A stretch of 57,143 bases of DNA, the filler included, from Sphacelaria rigidula (taxonomy: Eukaryota): the NCBI GenBank assembly GCA_964200075.2. It is 6 parts of 6 records of this genome, joined end to end, with 100 filler letters (N's around TTAATTAATTAA, not from the genome) between each part and the next. Parts side by side here need not be neighbours in the genome. Positions count along the whole stretch, not along the records: positions 28,624 to 38,063 come from CAXNAA020008492.1; positions 38,164 to 47,603 come from CAXNAA020008493.1; positions 47,704 to 57,143 come from CAXNAA020008494.1; 3 more parts are not named here. One strand, 5' to 3'. Every line of letters starts with the position of its first letter. The first letter of the stretch is position 1. The position numbers and the translations under genes are program-made. Below the pieces are notes generated by a model that ran no database searches, had not been told where the DNA came from, and saw only the letters and a list, made by a program, of their open reading frames with translations. Of this stretch, positions 36,893 through 48,827 are shown piece after piece.

Positions 36893-38063
36893 GGGGAGGG
36901 CGGGGGGGGCGTACTCATTTGTTGCTTCCCCTCGTCGTGTGACCATTGACCATGCATCCCTTTCGAGACGGAGCACCGTTCCTCCTCCTAGTAAAGACAC
37001 CTTCAACATTCGGGCGCTCATTACGTTTCTTCCATACATTACACGAAAACCTTTTACATATCTTATCCCCGTCCTGCTTCGCCATTTGTGGCCATCATCT
37101 ATCCCCTGGTATAATGACCGTTTTCTCCCTACTGTCTAATACATCACACGATTTCATGCCATCTTCGTTTACGTCCCGCATTTCTTCATCTAGCACGTCC
37201 CGTTCCTCCTTGCATAGTTCACATTCTGCCACTGTGTGACTTCTGCTCTCTATTGCTTCGCCACAGGGGCAATTCTGTGCGTCTACTTCCTCTTCCTCCC
37301 GACGACTGGTACGCCTCTTTCTTCTTTCTGGCAGGTCCAGGTCCCCCATCCGAAATCGCAGTTTCGAATTTTTCGCAGCGTCCATGAAAATATGCCCTCG
37401 TCCCTATTCCATCTCTCAACCCTCCGTATATCTCCAGGTGCTCTTCCTCGTATACTTTGCGTCGGAGCGCTCTTTTCCCCTAATTTCTGTCGTATCTCTT
37501 ACTGTTGTCTTGTTCCCCGCGTCTTCATCTATGGACAGTATTTCGTCGTGGTTTCCTCTCATCTCCTTCCATAGCTCTACTGTCTCGACTTCTTTATCCC
37601 ACCTTACTCCAGCCTTCCCTTTCGTACTTTTCTTCCATACAGCCCTATCAAGTATAGCTGACAATCTCTTTCTCTGCATGTACTTCACGCTACATTGCCA
37701 TCGCAATTTCCTCATGTCTCTGGTTGTTTAAGTGACTACATTCCCAACTCTGCTCTCAAAACTGTATTACTCGTTGTTTTCGAGCATCTAAGTATCTTCG
37801 TAGCTGCTGCCATCTGTACTGTTTCCAACTTTTCCACCAACTTCACATTCTCCTCCTATACTCTCCTGCATAGTCCAGCTCTGGTACAATCACGTTCACC
37901 AGGATACATATTTTGACCCTAGTGTCTAGATGCGAGTCTCTTAGAATCACGTCCATCCTGCTTGTTTGTGCCTTACCCTTTTGTACTACTTTGTTTATGT
38001 GTGCATCCCAAGAACAGTTTTTTGAGATCTCTACGCCAAGCTATGTATACTGGTCTACGATCG
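36893..38063 (-). mobile_element. Non-LTR retrotransposon (LINE), C-terminal part of the RT ORF plus poly(C)-abutting 3' end
   Basis: Post-RT motifs KLETVQMAAATKILRCSKTTSNTVLRAELG, KLRFRMGDLDL and CPCGEAIESRSHTVAEC. The frame continues through one internal stop to ...RKGCMVNGHTTRGSNK* (TGA at 36915-17), then GTACG and a C-run. Several stops and frameshifts. Confidence 0.9.
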
Positions 38064-38163
38064 NNNNNNNNNNNNNNNNNNNNNNNNNNNNNNNNNNNNN
38101 NNNNNNNTTAATTAATTAANNNNNNNNNNNNNNNNNNNNNNNNNNNNNNNNNNNNNNNNNNNN
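38064..38163. other. Artificial contig linker
   Basis: N44-TTAATTAATTAA-N44. Confidence 0.99.
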
Positions 38164-38515
38164 CGAAGCCTACTGACTATCTTGCATTTGGATGACAGCC
38201 TACAATGAGTTGCCCATATTATCTGGTATCGCCACTTCCAGAGACAGCCACGGCTTATACACTACCTCATGGGTGTCTCGCCATTTAAACACCACGTATC
38301 GTAGTACGATCATCCGCATTGTGCGGAGTTGAGGTTCTCCCACGCCGTACAACATGATCTAGCTCGACTGCCATCATGGTTACCGCAAAAAAAACGCAAG
38401 TGCGCAAAAAAATCGGTAACCTGGTTGGTTGCCTAGCTTACGCAGTGAGTGGCGTGTTTTATAGCGTCATCGCCAACCGACGCCAACCCCATCGGGGGTT
38501 GAGAGGAGGGGGGGG

Positions 38516-38579
38516 CGTACTCATTTGTTGCTCAACTTAGTCGTGTGACCACTGACCACGCATCCCTTTTGAGACGACA
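38516..38579 (-). mobile_element. 64-bp 5'-truncated LINE 3' end with a G-rich TSD
   Basis: Homologous to 36910-36970. Flanked by TTGAGAGGAGGGGGGGG (38499-515) and TTGAGAGGGGGGGGAGG (38580-596), which are 15/17 identical. Confidence 0.8.
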
Positions 38580-40809
38580 TTGAGAGGGGGGGGAGGGAGG
38601 AGTAGAATATTTGTTTTTGTCAAGAGACAAAACCTATATGAAAAAAAGCCGTTGCCACGCATATGCGCGCGTCACAGGTATGTACTCATTCGCAAGCCTC
38701 AGGACGAACAATATCCGAACGTTTCAGGAGTTGTAATGGCGCCAAGGGTAACACAGGTATGCGGCCATACATGGACGAAGACTTCAACGCAAACAGCTGT
38801 TGCTGAACAGCTGAACGCCGTAGCGTACCTTTTTAGGGCTGGACGTACCGTAGGCGGCGCATGGTTGGATGGTTAGGTGGTGTTTGACGTATGTGCTGGA
38901 CGTTATATTTTCGGAAAGTTGTTTTCCCATAATCAACTGAGCAGGACGAGCACAAGTTCATACACACGACAGCTACGCGTACGAGAACGTGAAGGCATGA
39001 AAACGTTAACTCGGATGCTTGGCAACGAGGAATGTGTTGTGGCGGGAGAAACTTCTCTCGGAAACGGTGCACCCCCGTATCCTCTAATCGATTCCGAGAA
39101 AAGACTATGAAAGCATGACGCACGTAATTCCCATTCCAAACCAAATCTGCATTCCTCGTTCCCCCGCCTTTCGAAAGGTTTCGACCGAGGCGTTTCGGTT
39201 TTTTTTTCAAGTGTTGACAGGTGGCGGGGCGTAGATCCCCGCGTGTGGTTTTTCGTCACCAAAAGGTCCATATTCGAGAAGGCTTCGACAACATTTTTCC
39301 CGCCCGACATGCGTGTTGGTGCGTTTGTGTACTCGCAAGAATGGGGGCGGGGCGGGGGGAACGGATACCCACATAAGGAAATGTCACATTTAGGGGGAGG
39401 GGATTTGCAGACCGCGCGGGGTGACGATCTAAACCAGGTGTTTCCCAAAAGCTCCACCTGCAGGGTTTTCGCTGATGCCCCGTTCATGTGCTGCTTCGCT
39501 ATTCGTGAGAGGAAAGAACGAGAAGCCCACCACTTGCACTGTTCCGGGATACGTTTCACGTCTTCCGGTGCCCTCAACCCTTTGAGCGCCGGGCCTCATT
39601 TCGCTACAATACTTAGACTGACAGTGCCGGGGGATAACGTTCAGATCGTGTCACATAACCTACAGTTTGGAACACCGTGCAGTACAGACAGTAGATACCG
39701 GGGCCGCGGTGCATGCGGCGGTGCGAAGGAGATGATAAGTGATATTAACCGCAAAACTGTTGGCCAGAGGTCAGTGTCTTCCTGTGTTTCACTCGGGCGA
39801 TGCGTTGTGCGACGAAACGCTGACAGTGATCTAATACATGACAAGATACAGAAAAAGACACCGCATGGTGTTTCAGGCATCCCTTTACAGTTGCACTCAG
39901 GTCTGTCACGAAGCACACGAACACAAGCCCGCGACTGGACTGCCTTTGGCCAGGGGAAGATTGGCAAAATGTAGTGTTGGACGTACATTACGAATCTGCG
40001 CTCGATTCGTGCTTCACCTCCGTGGTTGTCAAAATGACCTATTCAAATAGCAAGTAGTGTGTTCATTTGTGATTATCTCGGCGCAAAGTACTCCTACATC
40101 GCACACTTACTCCCGATAACACCCTCTTCCCCAGAAATCTGGAGACCCGAATCCCTCACTCGCGTAACACGGCGGTTTCAAATAAGGCAAAGCCGCAGCT
40201 GTTCACGTGGTTTTCACGTGTCCATCTAGGGTCCATCTGAAAGCTTTCGTGTCGAAAGGGTCGACTCGAAAAGTAGCACGTAAAACGGTCGGTTGGAAAA
40301 CCGACGACGAGAGCTTCATTTGACAAACGGTTGTTTTCGACGCGTTAGGCGTGACCCAACTGAATAAAAAACCACAGCGTCCAAAAGAAAAGGAGTGGCC
40401 ATATCTCATTTATGCTGGTGCAATTCTGTGGGGCAAAAACTTGAACTCGAGAAATTCGAGTCAACGCTCACCCGGCTAATTGGCGGTCATCCACCCTTAC
40501 ACCTTTTGCCATTCCTCAAAAGGCGGCGGGACTTAATATTATCGCCGTCTCGGAATGATGCGACTTGGGCGTCCTCACCTCTTCACCGTCAGGGTGGGTC
40601 ATCTCGCACTCACTTTGCAAAATGAGAAACATGTCAAGACAGCAGATGATCCACCCCGGCGGTCGAAGGGTGAGTAATGCTGCTCCGACTATAGTGATCA
40701 TGATGGTAGTCCCCTGTGGAGCAGTTCTTTTTGTATATTTCCCACGTAATTTATACACAACGATGATGATCGTATAGCCGCGGCTGCCTATACTTATGCC
40801 GTAACATCT

Positions 40810-41000
40810 TGTCTGCTGCTTGTTCGTTTTTTTCTCAGTCTAGTCTTTGTGTCTATTCTACCTTTGCGTTCCCTCCATTTTTCTTCTGCGAGTGTTTCCG
40901 TTTTGTCATTATCTCGCGTACGTCTATCATGTGACCACGGCTGGATCATGATCCCTGGGGGTGTCCAGTTAATATGCGACAATTGAATCAATTCAACCAA
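40810..41000 (+). mobile_element. 3' tail fragment of a non-LTR retroelement (GTACGTC..GACCAC family)
   Basis: Pyrimidine tract, then TTTCCGTT...GCGTACGTCTATCATGTGACCACGGCTGGATC and a CAAT-like tail. Confidence 0.55.
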
Positions 41001-41008
41001 AAAGTTCA

Positions 41009-41708
41009 TACGTCGGATGAGCACGAGTGTGACTCGTTGCACTCGCACTCGTTCGGTCACTCGTGGGCCGTTTCGGGAGGTCCTCGAGCACTCGAGTCAT
41101 TGCTGGTGGTGGGAAAAAATAATAGGTCCAGTGCTCGAGTCATTGCTCGTGGTGAACGACTTGAGTCGAGGAGTCAGCAATCCGACGAGCAAACAATTAT
41201 AATGAGCTGCTCGACGATCTCGAACCTAGAATCTTCAAGTTAATACGCATATCTGCACATGAACAAGCTCCAAAGCTAGTTTTCATTTTATCCCAGCATC
41301 ACATACAGAGAGCGAGAGAGAGAGAGCGAGAGAGAGAGATACTAAAGCGGAGAGTATTACATGTACATTAAATGGCAGTGCCATTTGGTGTTGACCCATG
41401 AGCCACCCCCCTTCTTCTGAAGATGCTTGCGAACCAGAAACGAGTGAGCGGACGACGGCAAAGAAGATGCCGACGACGTCAACGCCGGAAGAGACGACGT
41501 CCAGCAGTAGGATTAGTAGCACATCGTGTGGTGACCAAGAGGTCATGGGAGTCGATCGCACTCGTTCTGCTGCTCGTGGGCCGCTTTTGGAGGTTCTCGA
41601 GCACTCGATTCATTGCTCGTGGTGGAAAATATTGATAGGGCGAGTACTCGAGTCATTGCTCGTGGTACTTTCAAGAAACATCGACGAGTAATGACTCGTC
41701 CGACGTGT
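41009..41708. mobile_element. TIR element with subterminal CTCGT/ACGAG arrays
   Basis: The ends are TACGTCGGATGAG and CTCGTCCGACGTG. GAGCACTCGAGTCATTGCT units lie at 41085-41150 and 41598-41665. Confidence 0.65.
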
Positions 41709-42750
41709 GAAAAAAACAATATCGCCCTTTCCCATAGACACCAGCTCTACTACTTTTTCATAGAGGAACGTAACCCTAGTTTTGATCGATCACGTCATCA
41801 CGTTATCACTCGCGCTTCTCCACGCATTCGTTCCATCAAACGGGCAACGCGCACGAGGCCGTATCTTATTGGATGTATCTCAAACTCGGCTCCCGGTATC
41901 CTGGTTTATTCGCTGGCTCTGAGTTGCGTACTTTTTTTTCAATTGAGAGTGATCGTGATTCATAGGAAGACCTGACCAGGCGGTGATCTGCAAATCCGAG
42001 CGCGTCTTTCAATCCACATAGCACTACGATTCGAGAAGTTCTCATTAAAGGAAATACAAAACTGCTCTCAACTGCGCAGTGTAGATAGTTGAGGGTAACA
42101 TGTGCGGCGGAATTAGGGCAAAAAACCGGCTGAAATCGTATTTTCGGTTACAATCGGTTATGCCGCGGCCGTAAAGTGGTGGTGCTGCACAAGTTGAGAC
42201 TGCACACAACGCATGTCGTACTGCAGGCGCGCAGTGTCTGAGACGACTCGCAGACGAGGCCTCCAGCGCGGCAAGGCGTCTGGTAGTACTGTGCGAACCG
42301 GTGAGCAGTGGGTGAAGAGAGCTTGTAGAGAACGTCAAAGTTCCAGCTGAGGTTGTTGTACTCTAGAAGCAAGTCAACAGGTTCTCACCAAAAAAGCGCA
42401 GTTGCGCTGCTCAGTTCTGACCATGAATTTTTGACACGATGTACATGAGGTATGTGCAAAGCACCTGTCGTTTCCCCCTCATTTTTTTTTCTCACGTGAG
42501 TCAATGGTGGTCGAGATTTCGGAACGTTTTCCCTGGTACAAAAGCGTCGACAACTCATTGAAAAAAAGTGAAAAGGGAACAACGGGGTTTTTACAACGTA
42601 CCTCATGCACATTGTGGCAAAAAAATGTGGGAAAAGACTTGAAATTAGAAAGCACAACCGCGTTTCATTTTTACGTGGCTGGTCCATCTCCACGTAGGAA
42701 TCGGTCTTCGACACGAACACATGATCGTTCTCTTTGAACTTTTGAAACGA

Positions 42751-42926
42751 TGTAGAGGACATGTGTGCGAAGACCCCATTATCTTCCCCCTACATTCTTT
42801 TGTTCTCGGTGAATAATTGGCGACAAACATTTCAGAACAGTTTTTTCTCGGAACTAAATCGCGAATAACTCACGAAAAAAAAGGTAGCGGGACGGCGATG
42901 GGGTCTTCGCACCTACGTCCTGAACA
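42751..42926. mobile_element. Small MITE-like inverted repeat, TG..CA ends
   Basis: TGTAGAGGACATGTGTGCGAAGACCCCAT / ATGGGGTCTTCGCACCTACGTCCTGAACA. No clear TSD. Confidence 0.6.
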
Positions 42927-43156
42927 TTGTGTCAAAATCTCATAGACAACGACCCAAAATTGAGCTGCATAATCGCGTTTTCACATTCCTGTCCGCGTCG
43001 TTGGCGGCCCAGCCTGTAACTCTCTTTTACGGCAAAAAGCGACGCAGAAGGACCGAAGAGGCAGTTTTCTTTAACAGAATATATTTTTTGTTTACAGTGC
43101 CACAGAAAGCGGCCTCGACCCCTTCGCAAATCTCCTCCCTGCCCCTGTCCCTTCCT

Positions 43157-43157
<1 letters not shown>

Positions 43158-43213
<56 letters not shown>

Positions 43214-43282
43214 ACTCGGCCCCCCGGCACAGCCCCGCCCGGCCCGCCGCCCCACCCCTCCCCCCCCCCCCCGCCCCCCCCC
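43158..43282. repeat. Poly(C) homopolymer / C-rich tract
   Basis: Direct reading. Confidence 0.9.
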
Positions 43283-43602
43283 GTCGCTTTACAAGCGGGA
43301 ATGTCGGCGAAAGTATTGTTCCGAGATGGGGCCTCGCGTGCGGAGCGATAACTCGGTCCCCACCCTGGGCAGGATATGGCTCCTGCACACACTCCGTCTC
43401 TACCTCGAGGTAACAATATTATGATCCTGTAGTTCACTTACTGAGCTGAATGGTATCATCCTTGCAGGCTGAAGCTGCGGAGCATGAAAACTGCACAGTA
43501 GTCCCAGCGACTATTAATAGTAGGAAAGAACCCTGCCCTTGTTACAGTACAGTACCAGTATACGTCCTGGTGAAACAATGATTATTGTGCAAGTTTTCTC
43601 AC

Positions 43603-43817
43603 CGCAATTCGACGACGTCGGACGAGTCGATCCCCAGAAAAATCCCAAGCGGGATGAAGAAGAGTCCAATAATTACATAGCCCGAAATAGCTTTCCACGG
43701 AGTCACGTAGGGCGACCACGCCTGCATAGTTTGTTGGTTGTACTTGTCATCCTTAGGCCGCCGCGACTGCAGCTCCTCCGACACTCCATCAACACCTTCT
43801 GTTGCTATTTGTTCCAT
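43603..43817 (-). CDS. CDC50: CDC50/LEM3 (ALIS) phospholipid-flippase beta subunit, first coding exon
   Basis: SRRPKDDKYNQQTMQAWSPYVTPWKAISGYVIIGLFFIPLGIFLGIDSSDVVELR|gtgaga matches the CDC50 N-terminal RP....QQ..AW.P..TP motif plus TM1. The start ATG is inferred and later exons were not recognised. Confidence 0.85.
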
Positions 43818-44863
43818 ATTATTAGAGTGCTGCTCCCCCGACCCGCCTGTCCAAGATGCAAGCGAGATCACCCGCCGTGACGGTTCTTGGGAAGAGGAAT
43901 CGCTGTCGTCGAGCGAACGGTAGTAACCGTGGCCACTGCCTGGGGGGACGACCTCTCCAGTGCTCGATGCCAGGATTGATTATCTGCAACCCTAGCCAGA
44001 AGGCTCAGGTGACGAAACGCGGTGGAACAGAGGAAACGAACGAGGTATTTCTACCGTTACCGCACAAGAGTGCTGTCGGTACTGGGTACTGTTGTACTGG
44101 GAGATGATTGCGCACTGCTGCACTCTATCAGCTGAAACTCTCAGTCTACGTTTGGAGCAGAGTAAAAATGTACACACATCAAGGCGCACACGTATCTTGA
44201 GGCCTTTTGGCCCTGCCCCAGCGACTCTTTACTTCAAACAGCAGCTAGCTCTTTTGCATAACGGGCCGTTTTTGAATACTTTCAGTACATTGAATTAAAT
44301 TCAACTTACTCCTCAATGTGGGTTATTTTCAGCACCCGGGGGGTGCAAATAAAACATCTGAAAGCAGCTTCGATTTGGTGCTGAACTTAGGGGGATATGT
44401 GTATCTCCGTAATTGATCGTTCGGAAACAATATTTATTGTACCTAGTTCACACGGAAGCCCTGAATCGCCATCACCACGTGTCTTCGGAGAAAGGTTTTC
44501 ATATTTTGTGTTTTTAATTGATCACTTTCACCTCTGAATGTGAATTTCCGCGACACAGACCCGCGGTGTAATTATTGACTGAAGCGCGCCCTCCTTGTCA
44601 TACCCACGTCTTTCTCCCCACAAAATGGATACGCAGGAGCATGGTGGGTTGCACCCTACTCGTCGATACTGCAGTGCAGATGATCCTCTACTAAGCAATC
44701 ACTGTCCCCCTTTGAAGTAGCTCTGCCACCCAGTCGGCGAGGAGTATTTCACCTGCTATAATAGTCGAGTGTGAGCGTACCCCAACCTGTACCGGTACAT
44801 GAAGATTTGAAAAATTGTTCAAGTTCAAGGTCCTGTTGCCCCCTCCCCGTATCTCTCCACCAG

Positions 44864-45042
44864 TGCGAATACGGCGCTTGGCAAATCAAGCTTTGGTTGA
44901 CGTGTATGACTTCTTGGGCGGTTGCTGCTGGCGAAACAGTAGCGGATGGATGTCACATGGAAGCGACGTCAGGAGATGGCACGGAATCACGGTGGATACC
45001 TCACACTTGGTCTCTCTGAACTTGATCAGCAACGACTTGCAG
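44864..45042 (+). CDS. Leucine-rich-repeat protein, N-cap exon
   Basis: ccaccag| RIRRLANQALVDVYDFLGGCCWRNSSGWMSHGSDVRRWHGITVDTSHLVSLNLISNDLQ |gtgcga fits the AL..Y...GG..W....W......W.G+.......L.L..N.L LRR cap pattern. Confidence 0.8.
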
Positions 45043-45856
45043 GTGCGAAGCTGGTATGGATGTCCAATCCTCCGTTGCCCAAGTGTCTTCCTCCGTTGCT
45101 TGTATCGAGTGATGGCTCCAGTGACTACTACTGGAGGACCCTGGGAGTACAGTACAGAGCAGTACAAGTACAGACAGTCAACAGTATGTAAGGTCACGGA
45201 GGATAACACCCACTGTTGTGATGAGGTCGCGTCTTTATCCAATCACCATCAAGGGTTGTCATGTGTTGCGTCGGCATTATTTTCACTTGGATAATGAACG
45301 CAAGACTCGGATGCCTCGCTCTGGTGCCCCCAGGATCAATCATTTTGATACTGGAGAAATGTGCGGCGGTGTAAATTTCGAAGGCTGTTTATTTTTCTGA
45401 TCGCGGATTTTAGCTTTTTGGACTGTTATGAGTACCAGTGTGGACCCGGTTCCGACGACCTAGGCAAAGTGACGATGTACCCGGACAAAATCTGCCTATT
45501 CTAATTAGCGAGCGAAGCCCGCATCACAAGTTAGACCTCCCACACACAACTGAGGTAACCCGAGGCGAATTAGAAGAAGCGCGACTGTGGCGGAGCGTTC
45601 AAACTCCGCACTCGCCGAAAATGGAGGACTTGTCCTAAATCAGTCGGGGGGCTAAAACATGGAACATGTCCTGTTTCACTGTACCGCAGCAAAACACACA
45701 CTCACGCCCTCTCTCATCTGTTGGAGCTTTCACTGTCTGTGCGCTGGTGTGTTGGCGCATCGCGAGGACGGTTTGGATTGCATGATCTCCAATATTGTCG
45801 TTGTGTTCGTCTTCCCTGAGAACAATGTTAATCGGCACGCAGTGCTGGCTGCGCAC

Positions 45857-47125
45857 TGATTGATTTGATTGATTGATTGTCGTACTTCTGCACACTGTAG
45901 GCTCGAATTTGCGATACCGTCCCTGCTATTTCGTACAAGACATGGAGTCCTCCATCACTTCTGTCGAGACTCCAACCTAATCACAAGAACGAACGCAATC
46001 ATCTCAAATATTACCAAAATGAAAATAAGAAGAGAGACGCCGAGAACAACATGAGAAGTAGCTTCCCCGAGTTCAACGGGGTGAAAAAAAAAAACTTCAG
46101 ATCTACTAACAAAGCACACCGACAGGAAAGGAAGAAAAGAAAAAGACGAGAAGAGACAGGAAAATACAGGAAAATACAGATGACACGAAGGGATTCGCAA
46201 GGCCACCGGCCAGGGGCAACTCAAACAACAACCCCAGGCACTCTCGTTGACCACCACAGCTGGTCGGGAAGACCGCAGATGTATTAGTGAGTATACTACA
46301 CGATGGCCTACTGTTCACTTTTTGAAGGTCCTTGGTAGGCACTGGGGGAGCTCTAGTGGTAGCACAGCAATAATTTCCCTAGCGTCGCGTGCTTTCGTCT
46401 AGGCTGCCATGTACATGTCAGCCCCCTCCTCTACAACTTGGGACCATTGGGACACATCTTGGGCAACCTGCGTCCACGATGTCGCTTTAATATATGTATA
46501 AGTACGAGAAGTAGTCCGTGATACAGTGTTGTAGGCGCCTTGCTGGTCGGCCTGCCCTCGTCTTCCCCCCAGCCATGACTCGACGCATGACGATGTTGGG
46601 GAGGCGTTTATCGTGCATGCGCACAACGCGGCTGGCGTGCAGGAGGGCTCGCTTCATCACTGTGGCATCAACGCACTCGCAGCTTGTTCGTTCGAGGACC
46701 TCTTGGTATGGCGGCATGTGGTAGTCGGGGGCGCTGCGGCTTGAGATATGCTTATTGAGGCACCTCAGCAGGAACCCTCGATGGGCCTCCCGTAACGCAC
46801 CGAAATTGTCGTGTGCGATCGTCCAGGTCACGCAGCCTTACAGCATTAACTCGATCAATTCAGTTTCCAGGAGACGAACCATGGTGGCGAGGGCGATGTA
46901 TGGGTTGTCGTTTTCCGCTTTGCTGTACTTGTAGAAGCACGTCCAGGCCTGGCCAATGCGGCTGCGGATCTCGGGAGTGACATCACCGATGCTGCTGATG
47001 TTGCCGCCAAGGTAAAGGAACGACTCAACTTGCTTGTATCTTTGGCGCGCTGCTTCCGCCTCGATCGTATCCGTCTCCATGTTCGGGAAGTGCATGTCCA
47101 TGGTAACCGTCTTCTTTTCGGCGAC
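45857..47125 (-). mobile_element. 5'-truncated RTE-clade LINE with (CAAT)n tail
   Basis: QVESFLYLGGNIS...EIRSRIGQAW and VVRMHDKRLPNIVM...GRPARR match an RTE C-terminus. The 3' UTR ends GTACGACAATCAATCAATC. Internal stops are present. Confidence 0.88.
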
Positions 47126-47279
47126 TGTATTGTACTGTAATATGTACTACTAATACTGTGAGTCCGGGCGTCATTGGCCGTGAGATTCGACCGCACGAAC
47201 ACTAGGTTTTAGACTACTCTCCTGGCAATTCCCAAGCAAAATGGAGTAATCTGATTGATGGTTACCAAGAAAATCTGCA

Positions 47280-47603
47280 CACGTCGGACGAGTCACTACT
47301 CGTCGAAACGAGTGCACTCGTGGACGTTTTTTGGAAACACAACGAGCATGACTCGTGTGCTCGAGTCATTACTTTTTTTCACAACGAGCAATGACTCGTG
47401 TGCTCGCCCGATTGGTTTCTTTCCACAACGAGCAATGACTGTAGTGCTCGCCCTATTATTTTTTTCCACAACGAGCAATGAATCGAGTGCTCGCCCTATT
47501 AATTTCTTTCCACAACGAGCAATGACTCCATACGTCGGACGAGCACGAGTGTCACTCGTGGCACTCGTGCTCGTTGGGCTGCTCGTTGGCCGAAAAGTTA
47601 ATA
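47280..47603 (-). repeat. ~43-bp tandem array, inverted copy of the 29620-29966 family
   Basis: Units of ACAACGAGCAATGACTCGTGTGCTCG, with the terminus ACGTCGGACGAG at 47281 and 47532. Confidence 0.85.
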
Positions 47604-47703
47604 NNNNNNNNNNNNNNNNNNNNNNNNNNNNNNNNNNNNNNNNNNNNTTAATTAATTAANNNNNNNNNNNNNNNNNNNNNNNNNNNNNNNNNNNNNNNNN
47701 NNN
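47604..47703. other. Artificial contig linker
   Basis: N44-TTAATTAATTAA-N44. Confidence 0.99.
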
Positions 47704-47762
47704 GCAAAGCCAAAAAGACAAACACCAAGAAAACATGCCCCCCCCCCCCCCCCCCCCCCCCC

Positions 47763-47800
<38 letters not shown>

Positions 47801-48827
47801 AGGATCAAAATACTGTCACGAAGAAGTGGCCATACAGCGCATCGAGATGATGGCTGGCTTCAGAGACGCGGCCTTGGAATTTATTGAGAAGAATTCAGAT
47901 AGTTTCTTCAGTAACCAACCAGAAATCAACATTCAATTTGAAGAATGCAGATATACCTGACGTCAAATACCAGTTCTTGATATTTATTTTGAAGACTTAC
48001 ACATATTTTTACGAGTTGTGAATGTATCGTTTTGACAGGATACGCATTGGGAACCTCTACAGGCATCGGAATATCTTCAGAAAAACGCAAGTGCCCTCTC
48101 CGGCCGTGATGTTCGGCCTCGCTTTACCCTGAAACGAGGATCCATCCGCAGTATATGAAATCCCGTATTTACTTCCGAAATTTTTCGGCGCTCGGTCATT
48201 CCTGTACAAAACGTTCGTTCCCATTCGCCAGAGTCCTATGTTGGGACTTTTTTTTCAAAATGATGATGGACTTGTTTTTGAGTATAAACGAGGCCACATG
48301 CCACGACCGAATAGGGTGCAGTTGCGTTTTTTTCGATAACATTTCGATGTCTATGAAGGTTCCCAATGCTCATTCTCAAAAACCAATCCATCCGCAATTC
48401 GTTAAAAATGCTGTTTTGAATGCCGATATAGCTGGTTTCAGGAATCACGTCCTACACCTCGCATGCAGATTTTGCCTCGGTCCCCACTACACTTTTCTGG
48501 GCAGGGCTACCGCCGTGTATCAATCGAGATGTCTGCATCCACTCCTTTTCTAAGAGAGAATTGTCGGTGAGAACATGAACCGACTTTCACGCAACGACAA
48601 GACACGATCTCCACCGGTATCTCATTATTATCGGATGCATGTTTTGAAGTTGTGTTCCGGTTGGGATGTGCGTTGTACGATACACCGACAGAGATGTTAC
48701 ATAATGGTCGAGTATCGCTTCTGTCGAGCTTATGGGTATGGATTTCTGCCCGAAGATTGTGCTCTTCAGATAGCTGAGTCTTAGCCTGCTTCGTGACCTT
48801 GTTCGTTTTTTTTTTGCTTTTTGCAAG

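Noticed and set aside
39243-39974. 243-aa ORF (and 8045-8578, 24892-25488)
   Set aside because: There are no recognisable motifs or convincing exon boundaries, and there are overlapping antisense ORFs, consistent with chance ORFs.
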